Shown here in pieces: positions 1 to 4,965 of a stretch of DNA of 4,965 bases. The stretch comes from a virus (taxonomy: Duplodnaviria; Heunggongvirae; Uroviricota; Caudoviricetes): IMG/VR virus record IMGVR_UViG_2671180680_000009; one strand, written 5' to 3'. The stretch's first letter is position 1, and the number at the start of each line of letters is the position of its first letter. The notes beneath the pieces were generated by a model. The model worked only from the letters and a program-made list of their open reading frames with translations, ran no database searches and was not told the DNA's origin. A program made the translations under genes and the position numbers.

Positions 1-61
1 TGACAAAGTCATCGGGCATTATCTGAACATAAAACACTATCAATAAGTTGGAGTCATTACC
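1..61 (+). mobile_element. IS1 3' terminus including the right terminal inverted repeat (partial, continues beyond the window edge)
   Basis: Positions 1-61 match the IS1 right end as I recall it (...TGACAAAGTCATCGGGCATTATCTGAACATAAAACACTATCAATAAGTTGGAGTCATTACC). The reverse complement of 39-61 is GGTAATGACTCCAACTTATTGAT, the IS1 terminal repeat, which mirrors the GGTGATGCTGCCAACTTACTGAT end at 4674. Flanking DNA starts at 62. Confidence 0.85.
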
Positions 62-263
62 CCAATTTTTTACGTACGTAAACCACTAAATGATATTTGC
101 GAGAATGCTACCGAGTATTGAAAACACCACTACAAATACATAAGCAAATCCCAACAAATAACCAACAAATAATTTCCAGTGTTATTTTTAGCCGGTTTAA
201 ATTGAACCTTCAAATTATAGAGCACTTATAAATAACAACTTCACAAATCAAACGAGAAACCAA

Positions 264-290
264 AACTTACATCTTGAAATAATCACATTG
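264..290 (+). promoter_or_regulatory. Candidate OmpR-type box / porin promoter region upstream of the porin gene
   Basis: AACTTACATCTTGAAATAATCACATTG resembles the TTTACATTTTGAAACATCTA-type OmpR boxes of ompC/ompF and lies about 66-90 nt upstream of the porin ATG. Inference from motif resemblance only; no clear -10/-35 pair was found. Confidence 0.2.
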
Positions 291-355
291 ATTAGATGAA
301 TATTTATCGCGCAATGACATCATTTTTTAATAATAGTTCAAAAAAAGGGCTCACG

Positions 356-1438
356 ATGAAAAAATTAACAGTGGCAATTTCTGCTGTAGCTGCATCAGTA
401 CTGATGGCGATGTCTGCTCAGGCAGCTGAAATTTATAATAAAGACAGTAACAAGCTGGATCTGTACGGGAAAGTTAATGCTAAGCACTACTTCTCCTCTA
501 ATGATGCAGATGATGGTGATACTACTTATGCCCGTCTTGGCTTCAAAGGTGAAACCCAAATCAACGATCAACTGACTGGTTTCGGTCAGTGGGAATATGA
601 ATTCAAAGGCAACCGCGCTGAATCTCAAGGTTCCTCCAAAGATAAAACCCGTCTTGCCTTCGCTGGCCTGAAATTCGGTGACTACGGCTCCATCGATTAC
701 GGCCGTAACTACGGTGTAGCATACGACATCGGTGCGTGGACTGACGTCCTGCCAGAATTCGGTGGTGACACTTGGACTCAAACAGATGTGTTCATGACTG
801 GTCGCACCACTGGTGTTGCAACTTATCGTAACAACGACTTCTTTGGTCTGGTTGATGGTCTGAACTTTGCTGCTCAGTATCAGGGTAAAAATGACCGCAC
901 TGACGTAACTGAAGCTAATGGTGATGGTTTCGGTTTCTCCACTACTTATGAGTATGAAGGATTCGGTGTAGGTGCAACCTATGCTAAATCTGACCGCACT
1001 AATAATCAGGTTATCTACGGTAACAACAGCCTGAATGCATCTGGTCAAAATGCTGAAGTATGGGCAGCTGGTCTGAAATATGATGCGAACAACATCTATC
1101 TGGCTACCACCTATTCTGAAACCCAGAACATGACTGTTTTTGGTAATAACCATATTGCCAACAAAGCACAAAACTTCGAAGTAGTTGCACAATATCAGTT
1201 CGACTTCGGTCTGCGTCCGTCCGTTGCTTACCTGCAATCTAAAGGAAAAGACTTGGGTGCGTGGGGTGATCAGGACCTGGTTGAATATATTGATGTAGGT
1301 GCAACCTATTACTTCAACAAAAATATGTCCACTTTTGTTGATTACAAAATCAACCTGATTGATAAGAGCGATTTCACGAAAGCATCTGGCGTTGCTACCG
1401 ATGATATCGTTGCTGTAGGTATGGTTTACCAGTTCTAA
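356..1438 (+). CDS. nmpC: Outer-membrane general porin precursor, OmpC/OmpF/PhoE family, NmpC/Lc-like (prophage moron porin); 360 aa
   Basis: Start chosen at ATG 356 rather than the ORF-track start at 296. It gives a canonical signal peptide [23 protein letters not shown] with an AQA|AEIYNKD cleavage site, and AAGGG sits 6 nt upstream. The mature N-terminus [17 protein letters not shown], the PEFGGD loop-3 motif, the LAFAGLKF and YGRNYG motifs and the C-terminal ...VYQF (terminal Phe) are hallmarks of 16-strand general porins. Its position next to the Q antiterminator matches the nmpC locus of DLP12-like prophages. The ORF is uninterrupted. Confidence 0.9.
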   Translation: MKKLTVAISAVAASVLMAMSAQAAEIYNKDSNKLDLYGKVNAKHYFSSNDADDGDTTYARLGFKGETQINDQLTGFGQWEYEFKGNRAESQGSSKDKTRLAFAGLKFGDYGSIDYGRNYGVAYDIGAWTDVLPEFGGDTWTQTDVFMTGRTTGVATYRNNDFFGLVDGLNFAAQYQGKNDRTDVTEANGDGFGFSTTYEYEGFGVGATYAKSDRTNNQVIYGNNSLNASGQNAEVWAAGLKYDANNIYLATTYSETQNMTVFGNNHIANKAQNFEVVAQYQFDFGLRPSVAYLQSKGKDLGAWGDQDLVEYIDVGATYYFNKNMSTFVDYKINLIDKSDFTKASGVATDDIVAVGMVYQF

Positions 1439-1448
1439 TTTGATTACT

Positions 1449-1487
1449 AAAAGATATGTTGCGGGAGGCTTTGCCTCCCCAACATAT
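1449..1487 (-). terminator. Rho-independent terminator on the reverse strand (tR'-like, downstream of Q)
   Basis: ATATGTTG-c-GGGAGGC (1454-1469), loop TTT, GCCTCCC-CAACATAT (1473-1487) form a 15-bp interrupted stem. Read on the reverse strand the hairpin is followed by CTTTTAG (complement of 1447-1453). It lies about 140-180 nt downstream of the Q stop. Confidence 0.45.
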
Positions 1488-1574
1488 AAGTGGCTCCCTC
1501 AAGCCACTTCCTTTAGGAGCACAACCTTGCTTCTAACTATATAAACCTTCTGTTATATATTACCCTTTATTTTT

Positions 1575-1610
1575 GGGGGCGTTGCAACGCCCCATTTTTA
1601 ATAATTTTTA
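1575..1610 (+). terminator. Rho-independent terminator for the porin transcript
   Basis: GC-rich palindrome GGGGCGTTGCAACGCCCC (1576-1593) is followed immediately by ATTTTTAATAATTTTTA on the + strand. On the reverse strand it is followed by an A-run, so it is effective mainly for + strand transcripts. Confidence 0.6.
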
Positions 1611-1626
1611 GTAAACAATTGGCATA

Positions 1627-2010
1627 TTAATTAGAGTTATTAACAACGATATCCATCTCTAACCGGATATCTAATGCCATTAACATCCCTTCAATTATGC
1701 CCTCAGCCTTCTGTAACCTTTTCCCGATATAACCATCAGAGCAGCAATGCTTACCTGCCAGTGACATGAATGTCATACCGACTACATAATAATCTACTAA
1801 TAAATCGTGCAAATCGCTGTTGTTCTTTTTCAGACGGGCCATGCACCCGCAAATAATCATCGCGTCATCGTCACAACATTGCGGGCGAGATTTTACTTTT
1901 GAAGTAATTAATCCCTTAAAACCGGCGGCAATGGACGACCAGGTCACATCTTCATGATTATTAGCCGCCCACGCTCCCCAACGCTCAAGAACCATCTGAA
2001 TATCACGCAT
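1627..2010 (-). CDS. quuD: Late-gene antiterminator Q homolog (DLP12 QuuD-like), 127 aa
   Basis: The reverse-strand ORF begins [14 protein letters not shown] at ATG 2010, preceded by GGAG with a 7-nt spacer (GTGGAGTAAGTTGATG). The ORF-track start at 2025 is a TTG inside that RBS. Cys-rich segments ([20 protein letters not shown]) fit small Q-type antiterminators, and the gene sits at the distal end of the nin operon as Q does in lambdoid phages. Confidence 0.85.
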   Translation of the reverse strand: MRDIQMVLERWGAWAANNHEDVTWSSIAAGFKGLITSKVKSRPQCCDDDAMIICGCMARLKKNNSDLHDLLVDYYVVGMTFMSLAGKHCCSDGYIGKRLQKAEGIIEGMLMALDIRLEMDIVVNNSN

Positions 2011-2095
2011 CAACTTACTCCACAAAAATCAGACCAGAACGCCAATTACAAGCAAAAATCAACAAAACAGTATTAGTTGATTGTTATCTCTGACT

Positions 2096-2236
2096 TCATA
2101 CTCCTGCTCCTGTCAGGGTTTTGGCGTAATTCTTCAGTATTCGGTAATCGGTCAAAACAGAACCGGGGAAACGATATAAGCGCAGATGCCCCCAGCGGTG
2201 GCGAAGAAATTCTGCCATATAAAACTCAAACATCAT
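2096..2236 (-). CDS. ylcG: Small nin-region protein YlcG-like, 46 aa
   Basis: Not in the ORF track (below size cut-off). Hand translation of the reverse strand from ATGATG at 2236 gives [46 protein letters not shown], ending at TGA 2096-2098. The start overlaps the rusA stop as ATGA. Call rests on synteny with rusA-ylcG-Q in DLP12 and on size. Confidence 0.6.
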   Translation of the reverse strand: MMFEFYMAEFLRHRWGHLRLYRFPGSVLTDYRILKNYAKTLTGAGV

Positions 2237-2595
2237 TCATTCCCCATTTCGGTGATGGTCAGTTCCAGCCTCCCACCTTTGGTAACAGGCATCTTCACAA
2301 CGCGGTAATCAACGACCTGAGCATCATCCAGCCAGAAACCTGCTTTGGTGAGTGCGTCAAAAGCGGCTTTTTGCAGATTATCCAGGTCACGGCGACGGCG
2401 ATCCGGCATGTGGCACTCAATACGGATTTTCACTGGCATAGCCAGGCCGATATCCAGCATTGCGTTTTTAATGATTCGGGTGACGTTATCGCGGTATGCC
2501 TGCCCTTCTGCGCTGATGTGTGTGCGCCCGCGATTATGGCGGTAATAGCGGTTATTGCTCGGAGGCCAGGGTAATGTGATGCTGTAGGTATTCAC
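2233..2595 (-). CDS. rusA: RusA Holliday-junction resolvase (crossover junction endodeoxyribonuclease), 120 aa
   Basis: 120-aa product [18 protein letters not shown]... with aspartates at predicted positions 70, 72 and 91 (RRRDLDN...WLDDAQ), matching the acidic catalytic residues reported for RusA. The start codon is GTG (2593-2595), overlapping the ybcO stop as GTGA. Confidence 0.9.
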   Translation of the reverse strand: MNTYSITLPWPPSNNRYYRHNRGRTHISAEGQAYRDNVTRIIKNAMLDIGLAMPVKIRIECHMPDRRRRDLDNLQKAAFDALTKAGFWLDDAQVVDYRVVKMPVTKGGRLELTITEMGNE

Positions 2596-2882
2596 GCCTT
2601 AATAACCCCCTCTTTCAGCCAGATAACCTGCGTTCTCGCCATACCTTCCAGCGCGCATTCTTTTGCATACTCAGCATCGACAAAATATGTGCGGCGGTCG
2701 ATTTCGTCGTGACAGGCAGAACATGCAATGGTGGCAATCAGGTCTGGCGGTTTGATACCGGTACCGCACAATCCAGCCAGCCGGATATGTGCCAGTACTG
2801 ACGTTTCAGGATTGCCATTACATACGCCAGGGATTCTTACCTGGCATTCCCGACCACGCGCTGCTTTTCTCAAATCAGCCAT
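2592..2882 (-). CDS. ybcO: YbcO-like nin-region protein (DUF1364 family, cysteine/histidine cluster), 96 aa
   Basis: Start placed at ATG 2880-2882 ([10 protein letters not shown]...), which has a perfect AGGAGG 5 nt upstream (GCAAGGAGGAATCATG). The ORF-track start at 2921 would lack an RBS and overlap ninE extensively. Contains a C..C...H...C...C..C.H cluster. Position between ninE and rusA matches DLP12. Confidence 0.8.
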   Translation of the reverse strand: MADLRKAARGRECQVRIPGVCNGNPETSVLAHIRLAGLCGTGIKPPDLIATIACSACHDEIDRRTYFVDAEYAKECALEGMARTQVIWLKEGVIKA

Positions 2883-3045
2883 GATTCCTCCTTGCTGCCA
2901 GTCGCAACCATTTTTTATCAACCAGGCTAGCGGTATATCCGAGCAGTGTTGGTATTTCGGATGGCTTCAGCTCAGGCTTACGCTTACGACGATTTGATAC
3001 TCTGTAGATGTGCCCGTTCATGACACGAATAAGCGGTGTAGCCAT
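2875..3045 (-). CDS. ninE: NinE-like small protein, 56 aa
   Basis: Not in the ORF track. Hand translation of the reverse strand gives [62 protein letters not shown] lies 5 nt upstream, the start overlaps the ybcN stop as TAATG, and the 3' end overlaps the ybcO start by 8 nt. Confidence 0.8.
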   Translation of the reverse strand: MATPLIRVMNGHIYRVSNRRKRKPELKPSEIPTLLGYTASLVDKKWLRLAARRNHG

Positions 3046-3500
3046 TACGCCTCCTGCTTATCGCGCAGCTGCTGGTATTCACAGCTCTGCGGAATTGTCA
3101 GGTGGCAGCCGATATTCATCGCCCAGGCTTCGACTTTGCACAGGAAGATGTACATCTCGCCGGTTTCCAGCTCTGACGTATGGCGGAGGGATTGGACGGT
3201 GGTGACCTCGCCGGACACGACATCTACACGGTCTTTGCTTTCGTAGCCGAGATAGGTGTGCTTCATCGCGTCTTTGACCCACTCAGGCGTAGCGAAGGTC
3301 TTGCCGCGGGCGATGAGATATTCGCTGATCTCCGTGTACCACATGTGGCTGAGCGCGTTCTGCGACAGGCTGCGCTTCTCGCGCCACGGCTTAACCTGCA
3401 GGCGTAAGCATTGCCCGGCATCCAGCAATGGCTGAATCTGCTGGCCGATGGCCGCGAAGTTACCGCGATGGAGTTTGATGCCGTCTACTGGCAGAGTCAT
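3045..3500 (-). CDS. ybcN: NinB/Orf-family recombination protein homolog (YbcN-like), 151 aa
   Basis: Reverse ORF MTLPVDGIKLHRGNF... with GGGAGG 4 nt upstream of the ATG (GGGAGGCCGTATG). The internal SLSQNALSHMWYTEIS segment resembles the conserved core of lambda NinB. It is the first gene of the coupled nin operon. Confidence 0.85.
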   Translation of the reverse strand: MTLPVDGIKLHRGNFAAIGQQIQPLLDAGQCLRLQVKPWREKRSLSQNALSHMWYTEISEYLIARGKTFATPEWVKDAMKHTYLGYESKDRVDVVSGEVTTVQSLRHTSELETGEMYIFLCKVEAWAMNIGCHLTIPQSCEYQQLRDKQEA

Positions 3501-3526
3501 ACGGCCTCCCTAACGGAAACCGCAGA

Positions 3527-3556
3527 ATGCAGAAAATCGCAGGTGCATTTCTGCAT
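3527..3556 (-). promoter_or_regulatory. Inverted repeat upstream of ybcN (candidate tR2-like terminator/attenuator or operator)
   Basis: ATGCAGAAA (3527-3535) and TTTCTGCAT (3548-3556) form a 9-bp perfect inverted repeat with a 12-nt spacer, 27 nt upstream of the ybcN start. Read on the reverse strand it is followed by a T-containing tract (TCTGCGGTTTCCGTT) that is only moderately U-rich. Confidence 0.25.
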
Positions 3557-3764
3557 CTGTGACAAGGTGATGAGTTCAGATTGTGGTCGCATTTAAGTCC
3601 CCTTAAATGCGCAGAAGTCACCGGAGTTGTTCAGGCTCCGATGAGAGGATTATGGCGGATTGATTACGATAAATCAAAACTATCTTGAAGCCAAAACAGT
3701 GATCTTCGCTTTAAAAACCTTGTATACTTTCACCTAATCACAGCCAGAACTATGGATCTAACCA

Positions 3765-4142
3765 ATGACCAACAAAGAAAACAAAGATAAATATATTAAC
3801 AAGTTCAAGAAAGAGCTTTCAAAATATATACAACCAACTGCTGGAGTGGACATTCAATTATTTAACTCTAAGGATGGTGGTGGTGTAATTAAAGCCACTT
3901 TGAATAGAAGTGGAAAAAGAAAATCATCTATTGCTGGTAATTTTACTAAATTAGGTGAGGCAATTACCTCGAGTGGGCAGAGGGTTTTTGGTGGTGATCT
4001 ATCAAATGTGAATTTTTACGGAACAAATACGATTTTTGATGGAGATACAATATTTTTAATTAAATCACCTGATTCAGAGGAGTGGTCATCACAAAAAGCT
4101 TCCAAAGACGTAGAGGGCATCGTATTTGGAGGGAAAAAATGA
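3765..4142 (+). CDS. Hypothetical protein, 125 aa, soluble, Lys/Gly-rich, no recognised domain
   Basis: Uninterrupted ORF in a strongly AT-rich island. N-terminus is highly charged (MTNKENKDKYINKFKKELSKY), with no signal peptide or TM segment. Gly-rich stretches (SKDGGGVIK, RVFGGDLSNVNFYGTNTIFDGDTIF, GIVFGGKK). No obvious SD; a possible -10 TATACT at 3723-3728. I do not recognise the family. Confidence 0.5.
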   Translation: MTNKENKDKYINKFKKELSKYIQPTAGVDIQLFNSKDGGGVIKATLNRSGKRKSSIAGNFTKLGEAITSSGQRVFGGDLSNVNFYGTNTIFDGDTIFLIKSPDSEEWSSQKASKDVEGIVFGGKK

Positions 4143-4224
4143 TTAACATTACTACTAAGGATGCACTCAAGTCAGTGGTGAAGTAAGAGATCTAGTAATT
4201 CTTCTTGAAACTGATGGAAAAACG

Positions 4225-4566
4225 GTGTCTGATTATTTGCAGCCAATCCCTCCCAAAAAAGATACACACTGGAGCATGATTTTCATTCCGGTAGCAATTT
4301 ATATACTACTTAATCTTGTATACATTATTGCTCACCCATTATTTCCTGAAAAATATCTAAAAACATCAACATCTATATTTCTATTCATTTCCTTCATATT
4401 AAGTGCAATAGTAGCATATTTTGTTTTCCATAAGCATAAATCTGCCACTCTATCCATATGCAGCTTAGTGTTCTTAGTGTTAATTGTAGGTGCTAACGTA
4501 GGGTTTATCAGTTACAGCGACCTAACACAAAAAGCGACGCAAAAATTAGATAGTTTGTCTAAATAA
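4225..4566 (+). CDS. Hypothetical small integral membrane protein with three predicted TM helices (113 aa from GTG 4225, or 96 aa from ATG 4276)
   Basis: Hydrophobic stretches IFIPVAIYILLNLVYIIAHPLF, SIFLFISFILSAIVAYFVF and LSICSLVFLVLIVGANVGFISY are separated by short charged loops. Same strand and composition as the upstream ORF, 82 nt downstream of it. Start is uncertain: GTG 4225 has a weak GGA 6 nt upstream, and the first in-frame ATG is at 4276. A hairpin GCCATGC-7nt-GCATGGC (4574-4594) follows the stop. Confidence 0.5.
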   Translation: MSDYLQPIPPKKDTHWSMIFIPVAIYILLNLVYIIAHPLFPEKYLKTSTSIFLFISFILSAIVAYFVFHKHKSATLSICSLVFLVLIVGANVGFISYSDLTQKATQKLDSLSK

Positions 4567-4673
4567 TTATGTTGCCATGCGAAGTATGCATGGCTGCATG
4601 TCTGCCTTCCATTTAAAATGGGCTAAGACCTATAACCCTAAATATTATTCTTTATTATCTTCTTTACCACTTC

Positions 4674-4904
4674 GGTGATGCTGCCAACTTACTGATTTAG
4701 TGTATGATGGTGTTTTTGAGGTGCTCCAGTGGCTTCTGTTTCTATCAGCTGTCCCTCCTGTTCAGCTACTGACGGGGTGGTGCGTAACGGCAAAAGCACT
4801 GCCGGACATCAGCGCTATCTCTGCTCTCACTGCCGTAAAACATGGCAACTGCAGTTCGCTTACACCGCTTCTCAACCCGGTACGCACCAGAAAATCATTG
4901 ATAT
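4674..4904 (+). mobile_element. IS1 5' portion (left terminal inverted repeat plus start of insA), truncated at about IS1 coordinate 231
   Basis: GGTGATGCTGCCAACTTACTGATTTAGTGTATGATGG... matches the IS1 left end as I recall it. It is in the same orientation as the IS1 tail at 1-61. Similarity stops abruptly after ...CACCAGAAAATCATTGATAT (4904). Confidence 0.9.
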
Positions 4905-4932
4905 TGTCAGCGCCAGTGATATAAGACGGTAA
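4729..4932 (+). pseudogene. insA: insA remnant: first ~58 codons of IS1 InsA followed by 9 unrelated codons and a stop
   Basis: [58 protein letters not shown] matches InsA as I recall it (with one substitution, A for T in QLQF[T/A]YTAS), then diverges to IVSASDIRR-stop where InsA should continue MAMNGVGCRA. No insB-encoding sequence follows within the window. Confidence 0.8.
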
Positions 4933-4965
4933 TTCGCCATTTGGATTGTCCGCTCCACCCAACAT

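Noticed and set aside
296-355. Longer porin start (ATG 296 or 314) giving a 20-aa N-terminal extension
   Set aside because: The extension [20 protein letters not shown] would precede a textbook signal peptide beginning MKK. ATG 356 has the better RBS context and gives a standard precursor.
395-1237. 280-aa ORF on the reverse strand
   Set aside because: Lies entirely antisense to the porin gene, whose product has unmistakable porin hallmarks. It has no RBS and its composition mirrors the sense strand.
356-1438. IS5 interruption of the porin as in the K-12 nmpC pseudogene
   Set aside because: The reading frame is continuous to the ...YQF C-terminus and no IS5 end sequences are present; the only IS material in the window is IS1, at the edges.
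2011-2025. TTG start for the Q homolog at 2025 (ORF-track start, MWSKL...)
   Set aside because: The TTG sits inside the GGAG-containing RBS that serves ATG 2010. The ATG start gives the expected 127-aa product.
2077-2574. 165-aa + strand ORF (plus nested 2345-2545)
   Set aside because: Antisense to rusA and ylcG. No RBS, Arg/Ser-rich low-complexity translation typical of the opposite strand of a real gene.
2883-2921. Extended ybcO start at 2921 (MIKNGCDWQQGGI...)
   Set aside because: No RBS there and it would overlap most of the ninE 3' end. The ATG at 2882 has a perfect AGGAGG 5 nt upstream.
2728-3596. Several + strand ORFs (2728-2997, 3008-3205, 3010-3246, 3180-3407, 3411-3596) and the reverse ORF 3079-3282
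   Set aside because: All overlap ybcO/ninE/ybcN in antisense or alternative frames, lack RBSs and have Arg/Pro/Ser-rich translations. The reverse-strand nin genes explain this region fully.
4700-4924. 74-aa + strand ORF overlapping insA in another frame
   Set aside because: Alternative frame of the IS1 left end. The insA frame (4729-) matches InsA; this one matches nothing I recognise.
4762-4965. 67-aa reverse-strand ORF starting at the window edge
   Set aside because: Mostly antisense to the IS1 insA fragment. Only its first ~20 codons lie in the non-IS1 DNA, so it is not called as a gene, though the 4905-4965 segment is flagged in the findings.
1-4965. Search for tRNA, rRNA and CRISPR arrays
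   Set aside because: No cloverleaf-compatible segments with conserved tRNA motifs, no rRNA-like stretches, and no regularly spaced direct repeats with spacers were seen.

Overview
The window reads as a mosaic. (1) Positions 1-61 are the 3' terminus of an IS1 element. (2) Positions 356-1438 (+) encode an intact general porin that I recognise as NmpC/Lc-like. (3) Positions 1627-3500 (-) hold a tightly packed, translationally coupled lambdoid-prophage (DLP12-like) operon: NinB-like ybcN, ninE, ybcO, rusA, ylcG and the Q antiterminator homolog, with convergent terminators between Q and the porin. (4) Positions ~3640-4673 are a visibly AT-rich island carrying two + strand ORFs of unknown function, a 125-aa soluble lysine/glycine-rich protein and a ~96-113-aa protein with three predicted transmembrane helices; this is the best candidate for an undescribed accessory module, possibly defence or toxin/immunity. 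(5) Positions 4674-4904 are the 5' end of a second IS1 copy in the same orientation as the first, which breaks off abruptly at 4904/4905 into unrelated sequence. All homology calls rest on my recollection of protein families and on sequence features visible here; no database search was run.
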